DNA of 64,000 nucleotides from a virus (taxonomy: Duplodnaviria > Caudoviricetes). This document shows, in pieces, positions 1 to 10,525 of this stretch (position 1 is the first letter of the stretch; the number at the start of each line of letters is the position of its first letter). Under the pieces are notes generated by a model. The model was not told the origin of the DNA, ran no database searches, and saw only the letters and a list, made by a program, of their open reading frames with translations. The position numbers were made by a program, and so were the translations under genes. The DNA lies in the IMG/VR virus record IMGVR_UViG_3300010413_001187, positions 2,131-66,130 of that record; one strand, given 5' to 3'.

Positions 1-4
1 TAAA

Positions 5-385
5 ATGTTTTTAAATCAATTAGATTCAGATTCATTGCATTTATTAACTAATTCTTATGTATCTGGTAATACCGTAACGAGTGGAGTAAGTCGTTTAGAG
101 GTATTTAATATAGATGAATCGTTAGCAGCATTCTTGAATGTTAATTCTTCTGATACAGTGATGCCAGCCGGAATTGGAGCAACGGCAGATATTATAGCAG
201 TGGTGGCTAATTGCTGGGGCACCACACTATCTGGTAAATTAGTACAATTCTGGGTATCTACCGGTGATGGTGGTGTATATCCAACATATGAATATACTGA
301 TGAAAACGGAAGGGCACAAACAACTTTTACTACTGGTGCAGTAGCAGGAGTAAGTAACGTTTCAGTAGTGGTAAATGAAGTCTAA
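5..385 (+). CDS. Ig-like (Big-1/invasin-type) domain protein, probably truncated at the 5' end by the window edge
   Basis: Pattern 'IIAVVANCWGTTLSGKLVQFWV...TDENGRAQTTFT' is typical of Big-1 domains; the frame is open back to the window start. Confidence 0.6.
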   Translation: MFLNQLDSDSLHLLTNSYVSGNTVTSGVSRLEVFNIDESLAAFLNVNSSDTVMPAGIGATADIIAVVANCWGTTLSGKLVQFWVSTGDGGVYPTYEYTDENGRAQTTFTTGAVAGVSNVSVVVNEV

Positions 386-3300
386 ATGTCATGTTATTAT
401 ACGTACAGCGGAGTTGTCAATGCTAGTGGCACACTTATGCCTGATGGTGAAACAACCGTATCAGGGGGCTGTGCTACATGCTCAGGAAGCCATGTTGTAA
501 ATTATACATGGGAATTTATAGTTCCATGCCCTAGTGCCGATTTTTCCCAATATCAAGGATCTCAAACCCCTAGTAGTATTCCAATAAAAATTAGAGGATC
601 TTCTGACTCTGAAGCGGCAGGTATCACACCATCTGAAATAGGCAGAGGTCTAATTGCGTGGCATAAATTAGATGATTTAGGCAGTATTCAATATGACTCT
701 TCTTCTAATAATCTGGATGCCACCGTCTATGGTGATGTGACTAATGTCTTAGCTAAGTCTGGGTATGGCAAACAAGTAGGTTCAGGGCCATATAGTTACA
801 TAAATGCTCCCATACCAACTCAATCTGGTAACCAATATATGATATCCTTTTGGATGAAGCCCACCGAATTATTAACATCTGGAATAGAGGGTAACAATTT
901 CATATTATTCAAATCTGAGTCATATAATGGAGACGATTTTGATCAGGTGTGGGATTATACAGATGCTTATCAATATAGAGGGTGGACTGAAGGTGCTGTT
1001 GGTAATGATTTTGTTACTTGTTCTGCTGGACATAACGGAACATATCTTTTGGCTCAAGGAGCATCTAATACTAATTGGGTAACTGCTAATTATACGGCTT
1101 CCACTTTATATTTTGAAATAGAAAAAACTAAAGAATGGGATATAGAAGTTAAATTTCTTTCTACACATTTAAATAATAATCAAGCTGTCGGACTAATCTT
1201 TACAAATAAATATACTTTAGGAGATCATTGTACCGTTTTATTGCAAGGTGTAGGTGGTGGTAGTTATGATTATAGTGACAAATCTCCTACAATGACTAGT
1301 AATACCACACCCTCTGGCTGGGCTATAAGTTCTTCTAATAATGATGTAATTGCATTTCAAGTATTTGATGATGTAGTGGATTATGATCAATATACGTCAT
1401 TCTCTTACACTAATTTAACTGGTTATATAGGTAGTTATCAGCCTAATTATTCTTATAGAGTTGTTATATTTAATGTTAGAACAAATTATTCAGGAAATGC
1501 AATCAGAATAGAACTAAGATCAGGCTCAAATTTTACTACTGCAGTTGATTTTGATTATGTTTCTATAGTAAAACGAAGTGGTAGCACAGCAAATGGCACT
1601 CAAACACCCACTGAAGTTACTTTTGATGGAGGACAACATGGTTGTTATATAGCAAAAAATGCTACCAAATGGAGTGATTGGATAACTTTTACTTTTGATG
1701 AGGCTTCTGATTATCTGGTAATTTTAGATTTGTCTTCGATGAGTCAATTTCCTGTAAGAAATTCTTCTTCTGACAGTAATGTGGGTGCTTATTATAGAAG
1801 TTCTTATGATTCATGGAATTTACAAAATGTAAGTGGTTTTTCATACTCATCAGGTTATGATTATTGGGTTCAAACTATACAAGTAAGACAGTATACTGCT
1901 TCAGGATGGGATTGTACTTCTTCTCTTCCACAATCCATAGCTATAGACTATACAGATTATGAGGAAATAATTAATGCTTATAAATGGCAAGCGCCTTATT
2001 CAGATGATCGAAAAACACCTAGATCATGGTCCTTTTATGGTAGCACTATGGCCTCACCTGATATAAATGACGATGATGACTGGGAAATACTTGATTCTGT
2101 AGGCGGTTATTCTGATCCAGGTGTGGGAGAATGGACAGAAACTTTTTCTTTTACAAATCATTCCATTGCATATAGACATTACAGATTAAAAGTTACTGAA
2201 GTTAATACTATTGGTAGTCCATCATATACTGTACAAATAGCAGAAATAGAATTATATAATTTAGATCCATCCAGTTCAGTTGGATATGTTAAGACTAAAA
2301 CGGCAGATCTTTCGTATGATGATATCATTGATCTTACTATGCCAGATCAATTCACAGGTGAGATCGGTACTTATTTATTCCAAATGGTAAAAAGAGGGGA
2401 CACTATAAAATTTTATTTTAAAGATAATTATGGTTCATCTGTGGAAAAATTAACCCACGAATTTGATTGTTCATCATGGGGAAACGATATGTTGATAGGA
2501 TTACAGAGCCGTAATTCTAGTGGTGCATCCCCTTCAGTTCAATTCGATTATTTAAAATTTGGAAAAGGACAGAAACCAGTCGATCTGGGTGAGACAACAG
2601 AGTCTGGTAGATTAGTGATAGCTTACAATGAATTGGATAATTCAGATGAGATAACTGAAAGAACAGACAGTAGATTTTGGGGGTACACTGATTATGGTGA
2701 ACCGGCCTATGGTACAGCAACTTTTTATTGGGATCCTGATACTTGGTATCTGATGCAGTTTGGATTGGATCCTGAAAATAATGAGATATGTTGGTGGGTT
2801 AATGGCACTAAAGAAAGAGGTATATCAATAGGGACAGGCTCAGTTCCTATACAATCTATAACTTCATTAGGTATTAATTATTTTGATCCTGCTATGAATG
2901 CCCCAAGCGGGTTAGTAATATTAGATGAGGTTTCTCATTGGAATAGATGGTTAAGCGCAGAAGAAATTCTTAAATTATTGAGCAAATTATCGCAAGCTGC
3001 TTGGTTTTATTCTACTGATTATATTCAATCCAGTGAGAATGTTTCAGACTATTATATCACTTTATCTGGTTCATATTCCCAGTGGGATTGGATACTCCCA
3101 TATTATATAGGATATACATTACCTGGAGATGATGCTCATGCCTTTAAAGTTGGCATTAGACAAGGAATAGATTCTTTGGAAGGTCACGCAGAATTTGATG
3201 CTATTAGTTTTAGAATAGAAAAAACTGTCAGATTACATACATGGGAATTAGAGGAAACTGTAGAAAAAATAACTAGATGTTCCAGCGGATGGATAGCTAA

Positions 3301-6300
3301 TAATTTGGGTTGTTATTCTTGCCCAGAGCATGCTGCTTGTTTCTGTGATGTGAGGGGGAATATAAGTGTTAATCTTATGGAATTTAATTGGCCTTCCACT
3401 GATGTCCTTATGTATGAATATTTTGATTTTATAACATTTGAGGAATATATAACATCTATAGATCCAGAACCTGACAGTGAGATTACTTTCAGAACTTTAG
3501 ATATAGTAGGCCCACAAGTTAGTCAATCGGTACCAGAAAATAATGCTAGAATGATACATCCAGAATTCTTATGGAGTCCGAATGAAGAACATTCAATATG
3601 TCTGCAAGAATATGGTTCAGATATTGTCGGTTATCGTACAAGAGTATGGATTAAACACACTAGACAGGGATATAATAGTTATGTAGCTGAGGATAATTTC
3701 TCATTTTATACAATGGATTTTACGGATATTAGAACTATATCTAATACAGATTATCTCGGAGTATACTTTACTGTATTACCAGAAGACCCTGGAATACACG
3801 AATTATTAATAGAATTAACAGCGGTTCCTGATGAGAGTTTAGTATGGAATAATGAACGATATTCCCACGGATGGAAAATAGTAAATTTTGAAAATGCAAA
3901 TATATTTAGAGCTAATGAAGACTTTAGTAGCAAGGTTACCTTAGATTATGCTGATATAGTAGCTTCTGGTGTGTATGGTTCTTTTACTACATCAGGAATA
4001 GATTCGAGTCTAGCACATATTCAAACTGCAGGAATACATTTTGATCCATCATGTGAAGTATATGGTTCTCAATTGTTAGAGATTAGCACTTCCAGTGGTG
4101 TATGGAATACAGAAGAACAGACTGCTCCCTTTGCTTTTTGGACGATCCCAAATAATCCTGCACTAGAGGGTTGGGAAATAAAGACAGAGGTATATGCCAC
4201 TAGAACGGGGGATCAGAGACAACAAAGTGCTGGACTGATGGTCACCACAAGAAATAATCCGGATATATTCTATCAGCTATTATTAACATCTAGTGGTATT
4301 TGTGTTGAATCACATGAAACAATAGCTTTTCCACCCACACAAGCAACAGAATTGGAATGGTGGGAGACAGTATTACTAAGAATTTCTAAAGATGATACTC
4401 TATTAAGATTCCATTGGTCCCAAGATGATGAAACGTGGAATGAAGTTTATCCAATTAATAATTATGATAAGATGACTCCTAATATGACTTCTAATTCTAC
4501 TCCAGCTCCATATTCTTGTTCAGCTAGCAGTGAATACAGTACAAGCTGGTCACCTTGGAGAGCATTTACACCAGGAAACAATGGGTGGCATGGAGTTAGT
4601 GGTGCTTCATTTCCTCAGTGGATAAGGTTCAATTTTCCCACTCCCGTGGCTATTTTATTTTATAGATTACTGGCTAGAGATGACCCACACTGGGATTGGA
4701 GAAATTTTCCTAAGAATTTTTCTTTACAAGGCTATAATGAAACAGAGGAAGAATGGGAAACAATAGACACTAGAACAAATGTTTATGACCCAGGCCAGGA
4801 CTCATGGTATCCAACTAGGGGCTATATGCTAGTGCAAACACCTAAACCCTACAAATCATATAGATTATATGTAACTGCTTCTAATAATACAAATGTATGT
4901 ATACAAGAAATAGAATATATTGGTGGGGGAGAAGTATCTTTTGATTTGGAATCAGATTTATTAGCTGGTCCGATAGTTATATCCGATAGAAATGTATTTA
5001 TTCCCTATAAAATAGCTAATCAAACTCCTGTTTTGACTAGTAATTCTGCTCCGTCACCCTATGCAGCTGCAGCCAGTTCAGAGTATACTGGTAATCAAGG
5101 GTATGCATTCAGAGCATGGGACAATGATGGTGCCTACTATAAGTCTTGGATAGCTGATGATGGTGGTAATTCTAGTCCAGATTGGGTACGTCTAGACTAT
5201 GGAAGCAGTAATAAAAAGAGAATAATAGGATATAGACTCAGAGGAACTTATGGAGAAGGAAGTAGTTGGGCTGGATGGGATCCTGTAGCTTGGCAATTAC
5301 AGGGGTCTAACAATGCATCAGATTGGTATATTCTAGATACTAGGGATTTCTTACGACGAGCAGCTGAATATTATGAAGGAGCATGGTATCCTTACCCAGA
5401 AGGAGATTATTTTTGGTTCACAAACACTACTTATTATAGGTACTATAGATTATATGTTAAAGCAACAGGAACCAACTTAACCTATTCAGCACCATATTCT
5501 GCCACACGAGCAATACAATTCATTGGTGTTACTGAGGATGAAACTTATGAATATATTTCTGCAGAAATTACCGCTCAATTTTTATTTGTTAAATTTGAAT
5601 CTTCATATAGTTCAATAGATGTCGGTATATCTGATGAGGGTTGGGAATTATTATTAGAGGGTAAAAATGCTTTAAGCTCGCCCGAGAGTTCTATGGATAC
5701 TAGATTTGAGGAAATTTCCGCTAGTAAATATTATTTATATTACAGTCCACAGGAAGATAAACCTTTATTAGGCGGTGATCAAGTTTATTTAAGAATTCAA
5801 ATTGAGGATGAACCAAGTATAAAAATAGATTATACATTAACTGATAATATTACTTTATGGTTAAATGCAGAAGGATTACCTGATGGACAGATAGCAACAA
5901 GCGCTTTTGGTGAGATAGAAGCATCTGGTATTTATACACAATTAGATTATTCAGCTAATAATTACAGGATATATTCTTCTTCTAATAATATTGTGATTTC
6001 TTATGATGAAAGGTGGGAAGGGCAGGCTGCTTTTGATAAACCAGCATCTAGCAATCTGTATACACCAGATGCAATAAATATTAATGTGGATGATGATAAT
6101 TGGACATTTCATATGTGGGTTTATCCTAGTGCTGCCTTAAATGGTGAAATAATTAGATTTAAACGAGAAGACGAAACTGATGCAGTAAGAATTGATATAA
6201 ACTCTAGTTACTTCAAATATTATGAGTATGATATTACTGGTAACAATCCTACTCTAATTGGCAGTAGCGGTCCACATTCTTTTTCTACTGACGAATGGCA

Positions 6301-7786
6301 ACACGTCGCGGTTGTAAAGAAGGATAATTTCTTATATTCGTTCCTAGACGGAAGAAAATCTTTTTATGATTATAATGGCGGTCTATCTACTTCGTCATCT
6401 TCTAACACACTACTACAAATAGGTGAATCTATAAACGGATATTTAGATCAAATTATAGTTGAATCAGGAACTAGATGGATAGGTGATTTTATATTAAATA
6501 GTAAATATGATCAAATAATATCATACAAAATAGTTGATAATTATGATCTAAATATTGATTTTGATATAGATATTGATACAGAAGCTCCTGTTGCTTTACC
6601 AGTAGAACCATATCATACTTCTTCAGGAATATGTCCTGCATCAGGTATAACTTTTGATGTATTAGATGATTTCTCTGGTGTCTATTGGAATAGTCTAATA
6701 ATAACAATAGATAATATCACAGTATATTCAGGAGGAGCGGATTTAACTGAATTCTATTGGGATCGCGGTTCTTTGGAATGGCAGACAAGGGGACAAGAAG
6801 ACGGCGAATGGTTAGGACTGAATGCTGATACTACACGTTCGAGCGGAATAAATCAATTATTATACCCACCAGGAACAGCATATAGTGGGAGTGGTGCTTG
6901 GGGGCGAAGATTTACTTATAATGTTCCTGATCATACAGAAATTCAATACTTTGGCAAAAGAGTTAATGTACATATAGAAGGAAACGATAGTATAGGATAT
7001 TTATCACAATTTGATGAATTAATACCAAATGAGTTCTCTTATGATTATTATTTTGATATGATTTCGAATGATAACATAAGATTTGGAAATTTTTGGTTAA
7101 ACCAGAGGGAGTCTGAGAGAATAGATATTCTAACTGCCCAAGGGCGCTATTTCTTTGTTGATATGTGGGACCTAAACTATCCTACAACTGATTTAGTAGA
7201 AGAAGAATGTACATTAACTGCTTCAGATGGGGTGCAAACTGTTACGTGTTCTGGTATATGGTTTACAACCTATTCAGGCATGGGTGGGCTAACTCCTTCT
7301 GGAGTTTTGGTGCATCGTATGCATTATAATCCGGAGAATGATTATAATTGGACAGGACACAGGACTATAGCCTTTACAGTTAGAGCTTATAATGATGATC
7401 CTCTTTGTGATGTTTATAATGAACAAACTTATAAGCTAGTTTATGGGTGGGAGATTTACTGGCATCATGCTGCTAATAAATATGATCCTTTTGATTTTAA
7501 CAAACATTTGCCAGTATTTGTAGCAGCTAAAACATATGAGTTTGTTCCTTCGCAGTTTGCTCGTTCTTATATGATTTGGACTTCTCCTGGATATCAACAG
7601 GATTTTAGAATATTTTTAAAGATCCCACCTAAACCATATGAAGATTTAGGTGTGGGTATTTTGGCACAAAGCCAATATTTACAATATAGCGAGGATGTCA
7701 CTGTCGAAGTTGAATGTAGTGATTTGGATGGTAATGAACTCATCTATTCATGGACGTTTACGACAGAAGACAAGCCTCAAAATTAA
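386..7786 (+). CDS. Giant (2466 aa) multi-lectin-domain virion/fibre-like protein with LamG/concanavalin and F5/8-type C (discoidin)-like modules
   Basis: LamG motifs GLIAWHKLDD, ISFWMKP, DEVSHWNRWLSAEEI, WTFHMWVYP, EWQHVAVVKK, GYLDQI; three discoidin-like starts PTMTSN, PNMTSN, PVLTSN with WQLQGSN and YRYYRLYV. Confidence 0.7.
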   Translation: MSCYYTYSGVVNASGTLMPDGETTVSGGCATCSGSHVVNYTWEFIVPCPSADFSQYQGSQTPSSIPIKIRGSSDSEAAGITPSEIGRGLIAWHKLDDLGSIQYDSSSNNLDATVYGDVTNVLAKSGYGKQVGSGPYSYINAPIPTQSGNQYMISFWMKPTELLTSGIEGNNFILFKSESYNGDDFDQVWDYTDAYQYRGWTEGAVGNDFVTCSAGHNGTYLLAQGASNTNWVTANYTASTLYFEIEKTKEWDIEVKFLSTHLNNNQAVGLIFTNKYTLGDHCTVLLQGVGGGSYDYSDKSPTMTSNTTPSGWAISSSNNDVIAFQVFDDVVDYDQYTSFSYTNLTGYIGSYQPNYSYRVVIFNVRTNYSGNAIRIELRSGSNFTTAVDFDYVSIVKRSGSTANGTQTPTEVTFDGGQHGCYIAKNATKWSDWITFTFDEASDYLVILDLSSMSQFPVRNSSSDSNVGAYYRSSYDSWNLQNVSGFSYSSGYDYWVQTIQVRQYTASGWDCTSSLPQSIAIDYTDYEEIINAYKWQAPYSDDRKTPRSWSFYGSTMASPDINDDDDWEILDSVGGYSDPGVGEWTETFSFTNHSIAYRHYRLKVTEVNTIGSPSYTVQIAEIELYNLDPSSSVGYVKTKTADLSYDDIIDLTMPDQFTGEIGTYLFQMVKRGDTIKFYFKDNYGSSVEKLTHEFDCSSWGNDMLIGLQSRNSSGASPSVQFDYLKFGKGQKPVDLGETTESGRLVIAYNELDNSDEITERTDSRFWGYTDYGEPAYGTATFYWDPDTWYLMQFGLDPENNEICWWVNGTKERGISIGTGSVPIQSITSLGINYFDPAMNAPSGLVILDEVSHWNRWLSAEEILKLLSKLSQAAWFYSTDYIQSSENVSDYYITLSGSYSQWDWILPYYIGYTLPGDDAHAFKVGIRQGIDSLEGHAEFDAISFRIEKTVRLHTWELEETVEKITRCSSGWIANNLGCYSCPEHAACFCDVRGNISVNLMEFNWPSTDVLMYEYFDFITFEEYITSIDPEPDSEITFRTLDIVGPQVSQSVPENNARMIHPEFLWSPNEEHSICLQEYGSDIVGYRTRVWIKHTRQGYNSYVAEDNFSFYTMDFTDIRTISNTDYLGVYFTVLPEDPGIHELLIELTAVPDESLVWNNERYSHGWKIVNFENANIFRANEDFSSKVTLDYADIVASGVYGSFTTSGIDSSLAHIQTAGIHFDPSCEVYGSQLLEISTSSGVWNTEEQTAPFAFWTIPNNPALEGWEIKTEVYATRTGDQRQQSAGLMVTTRNNPDIFYQLLLTSSGICVESHETIAFPPTQATELEWWETVLLRISKDDTLLRFHWSQDDETWNEVYPINNYDKMTPNMTSNSTPAPYSCSASSEYSTSWSPWRAFTPGNNGWHGVSGASFPQWIRFNFPTPVAILFYRLLARDDPHWDWRNFPKNFSLQGYNETEEEWETIDTRTNVYDPGQDSWYPTRGYMLVQTPKPYKSYRLYVTASNNTNVCIQEIEYIGGGEVSFDLESDLLAGPIVISDRNVFIPYKIANQTPVLTSNSAPSPYAAAASSEYTGNQGYAFRAWDNDGAYYKSWIADDGGNSSPDWVRLDYGSSNKKRIIGYRLRGTYGEGSSWAGWDPVAWQLQGSNNASDWYILDTRDFLRRAAEYYEGAWYPYPEGDYFWFTNTTYYRYYRLYVKATGTNLTYSAPYSATRAIQFIGVTEDETYEYISAEITAQFLFVKFESSYSSIDVGISDEGWELLLEGKNALSSPESSMDTRFEEISASKYYLYYSPQEDKPLLGGDQVYLRIQIEDEPSIKIDYTLTDNITLWLNAEGLPDGQIATSAFGEIEASGIYTQLDYSANNYRIYSSSNNIVISYDERWEGQAAFDKPASSNLYTPDAININVDDDNWTFHMWVYPSAALNGEIIRFKREDETDAVRIDINSSYFKYYEYDITGNNPTLIGSSGPHSFSTDEWQHVAVVKKDNFLYSFLDGRKSFYDYNGGLSTSSSSNTLLQIGESINGYLDQIIVESGTRWIGDFILNSKYDQIISYKIVDNYDLNIDFDIDIDTEAPVALPVEPYHTSSGICPASGITFDVLDDFSGVYWNSLIITIDNITVYSGGADLTEFYWDRGSLEWQTRGQEDGEWLGLNADTTRSSGINQLLYPPGTAYSGSGAWGRRFTYNVPDHTEIQYFGKRVNVHIEGNDSIGYLSQFDELIPNEFSYDYYFDMISNDNIRFGNFWLNQRESERIDILTAQGRYFFVDMWDLNYPTTDLVEEECTLTASDGVQTVTCSGIWFTTYSGMGGLTPSGVLVHRMHYNPENDYNWTGHRTIAFTVRAYNDDPLCDVYNEQTYKLVYGWEIYWHHAANKYDPFDFNKHLPVFVAAKTYEFVPSQFARSYMIWTSPGYQQDFRIFLKIPPKPYEDLGVGILAQSQYLQYSEDVTVEVECSDLDGNELIYSWTFTTEDKPQN

Positions 7787-7789
7787 CTA

Positions 7790-7825
7790 GCCTGCTTTGT
7801 AGTTTAGCAGGTATCACTATATAAT
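7790..7825 (+). promoter_or_regulatory. Possible sigma70-like promoter (TTGTAG-17 bp-TATAAT) overlapped by an inverted repeat GCCTGCT/AGCAGGT
   Basis: TTGTAG at 7797-7802, TATAAT at 7820-7825, stem arms 7790-7796 and 7806-7812 in one of the few intergenic gaps; no U-tract. Confidence 0.35.
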
Positions 7826-7841
7826 TTGGAGGGTTTATATA

Positions 7842-9473
7842 ATGGCAACGCCGAGATGGGTAGAAATGTATACGAACTCAAGCGGAATTGGACTGAGTTC
7901 GGACCAAAATTCAGGTCACGTAAATTCCAGTATGTATGGGCGCGGAACCCCTCCAGCTCTTCGTGGTAGCCTCCCTTCAGAGATACCTATAACATTAGCT
8001 TCTGATTCGAATAAACTAAATATTCGTATGCATAATGGGGTTAGTGAGTCCTCTAAAGTATTCACATTAGCTAGTGGTACCAATCTGGATCCAAGAGTTA
8101 TTGCTAGAGATATCACAGATCAGATGCATAGAAATCCACCAGTAAATCATGCTGTTTGGACTAGTGCTTATTGTTTTTGGAACTATAATGCGTTTGAGCT
8201 ACGTGGTGGTATATGTGGTTATAATAGTGCAGTAACAATAGATACCACAACTAATAGTGCTCATACGAAATTAGGATTCTCTACCGGAGTAACTGAGTAC
8301 GGGTCTGATAATTTCAGACTATATGGTGGTGGACTAGCAACAGATGGTAAAACAGTAAATACTTGGAGTGGCTCTATGTCCACAAGTGGTACATGTTTTG
8401 CTAGCTCGTGGGATGAATACACAATAGTAGCTGTGAATAATGATGCTGGAACTGGACAAGGCAGTGCAACTATTGTTACACATGCGAGCGGAACTTATCC
8501 AGGTACCGTTACTTTGGGCGGTGTTTATAATTATACTGAAAGTACCACTTATCATCTTACTGTAACTGTGAGTGGATCCGCTTCTTATATGAATGGTGTC
8601 TTGGATGCGGTTCCAGTTATGGATTGGTATGGAACCGGTGGTGACACAGCTAGCTCTGGAACACAACAATTATTATATCCAAACTATCCTTATCCTCTTG
8701 GTAACAAGGGAGTATGGGTTAAATTTAGCAATGCTCCTTTCTCCTATCCAGGAGATGCATGGCAGATATTAGCGAGTGGTATAGTAGCTCCATCTGGTTA
8801 TAATTATCAATGGGGCTCTGCAATGAGATCAGTCATATGGAGTTCTATAAAAGGAGACACTAGCTGGACTATTGTTCCTAATAGTGGTAACACTGCAACA
8901 TTTGGTAATTATTTCAAAGTTGGACGAAAAGGCATCTATCTATCAGCTAATCAGGATTATAATGTAGCTGCTGGTGACACACTTAGAGTAAGAGTCCCAG
9001 GTCCTATCCCATATAGTTATGATATTTCTTCTATTAATTTAGGTAATATTACTGTCACTACATCATCAAGAGTATTTACAGTTCGTTTCGATGTGATCGG
9101 AGGGGCTGTAGAATTAACTAATATAAAATTCAGCTTATTGAGTAATGGTGGCATGGGATATCATGATGGAGTAAACACTTCATTTAGATTTGGTACTGTT
9201 GGAAGAGGACAATATGCTACAACAACTGATTATGATATAGAATGGAGAAATGATGTTCAAGTAACTGATTTAGTTCCACCTAAGCCAGAATATTTACATA
9301 CTATAGTTGCTAATCTCACAGAAGTTTCAACAGCTGATGATTCACAAACAATTGGTATTGATGACTTTGATGGTGTTGTTTCAGACTATATCTTTAATGC
9401 TATTCAGTTGGGAGCAGACGAGAGTGGACAAAAAACAGTTGTTTATCGCTGTTATTACGACTATACAGAGTAA
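7842..9473 (+). CDS. Probable virion structural protein (S/T/G-rich, beta-rich), with a tail-sheath-insertion-like domain
   Basis: GGAGG RBS; composition; N-terminal domain 'FTLASGTNLDPRVIARDIT...AHTKLGF' resembles a segment of the 20716 protein. Confidence 0.5.
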   Translation: MATPRWVEMYTNSSGIGLSSDQNSGHVNSSMYGRGTPPALRGSLPSEIPITLASDSNKLNIRMHNGVSESSKVFTLASGTNLDPRVIARDITDQMHRNPPVNHAVWTSAYCFWNYNAFELRGGICGYNSAVTIDTTTNSAHTKLGFSTGVTEYGSDNFRLYGGGLATDGKTVNTWSGSMSTSGTCFASSWDEYTIVAVNNDAGTGQGSATIVTHASGTYPGTVTLGGVYNYTESTTYHLTVTVSGSASYMNGVLDAVPVMDWYGTGGDTASSGTQQLLYPNYPYPLGNKGVWVKFSNAPFSYPGDAWQILASGIVAPSGYNYQWGSAMRSVIWSSIKGDTSWTIVPNSGNTATFGNYFKVGRKGIYLSANQDYNVAAGDTLRVRVPGPIPYSYDISSINLGNITVTTSSRVFTVRFDVIGGAVELTNIKFSLLSNGGMGYHDGVNTSFRFGTVGRGQYATTTDYDIEWRNDVQVTDLVPPKPEYLHTIVANLTEVSTADDSQTIGIDDFDGVVSDYIFNAIQLGADESGQKTVVYRCYYDYTE

Positions 9474-9479
9474 AGAACT

Positions 9480-10121
9480 ATGCTAACAAGAACTTATCCT
9501 GCGGAATATGATACATTCAGCGGGGATGAAGTTATTATAAATGCTATCCGAGATAAGATAGGTGATCGGTTAGAATTAAAGAGATACGTACTAGCAGTTG
9601 GGTCACAAGAAGTAACAGATTATGTAATGTCAGATGGCACAACTTTCTATGATGCAGATGCTAGATTCTGGCCTTATCACCTAACTTACTCTGGTACAAC
9701 ATATTCAGGTACAACGAATCCCCAAGTGTTGAACTATCATTATATGCTATTCGAAAATCCTGTAGATTTAACAGCTTATGCATCAGATTTTTGGGTTGAG
9801 TCCTTCTACCTATCTGATTTTGAGATTTGGACAGCTTTTTTAGCTGTTGATTTGACACCATTGGTACCAGATGTTACTTGTATCACAGAGGATATGAATA
9901 TTGTAAAGGCTGCTTTAGATCTTGTACCATCATTGAGGGCATCTAAAGCCAAATATTTTTATGGTGGCCTGGAGATCCAAGATAATGATACTACCTTTAG
10001 GCAATCTGAATTAAGAAGTGATCCTTTTAAAGATCTGGTTGATAAATTACAAAAAGAATTAGATGATCTTATAAATGAATGTAAGACCAGATTATATCAG
10101 GGAGGATACAGGATCGAGTAA
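9480..10121 (+). CDS. Putative phage head-tail adaptor/neck protein
   Basis: 'AIRDKIGD' and 'LSDFEI' resemble the VRxxIGD...LSDEEI pattern of head-completion proteins; helical C-terminus. Confidence 0.45.
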   Translation: MLTRTYPAEYDTFSGDEVIINAIRDKIGDRLELKRYVLAVGSQEVTDYVMSDGTTFYDADARFWPYHLTYSGTTYSGTTNPQVLNYHYMLFENPVDLTAYASDFWVESFYLSDFEIWTAFLAVDLTPLVPDVTCITEDMNIVKAALDLVPSLRASKAKYFYGGLEIQDNDTTFRQSELRSDPFKDLVDKLQKELDDLINECKTRLYQGGYRIE

Positions 10122-10513
10122 TGGCAAAAACTCAATGGATAGCACAACGAGAAGACGGCACACCAGTTAGATTTGGGTGGGTGGTCAGATATAAAGATGG
10201 AACAGTTATGCCAGAATGGGAATTTGATGGTCCATTTAGTCAATTACCTAGACGTAACGAGATAGAGGCTGTAGCTCTTGTTTTAGATGACCGTTCATGG
10301 GTTATAAAAGGAAAAGAACATTATTATGCATCAAAGGGCGAATCTTTTCATGTCGTTTTCAGCAGAGGAAGGCCAGATCCTAATATGCAAATCCCTAAAA
10401 TCCGCACACTTGACAACATGTCTATTGGATATTGGGAGGATGGCCGAAGAGTTCAAATTACTGTGGACACCCGCACAGGAGAAATGCATGGGCCATATGA
10501 AGTACCAGCCTAA
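10121..10513 (+). CDS. Hypothetical protein
   Basis: 130-aa ORF, TAATG-coupled to the upstream gene. Confidence 0.7.
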   Translation: MAKTQWIAQREDGTPVRFGWVVRYKDGTVMPEWEFDGPFSQLPRRNEIEAVALVLDDRSWVIKGKEHYYASKGESFHVVFSRGRPDPNMQIPKIRTLDNMSIGYWEDGRRVQITVDTRTGEMHGPYEVPA

Positions 10514-10525
10514 GGAGGTACTCCC

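Noticed and set aside
7790-7812. Rho-independent terminator
   Set aside because: The hairpin lacks a following U-tract
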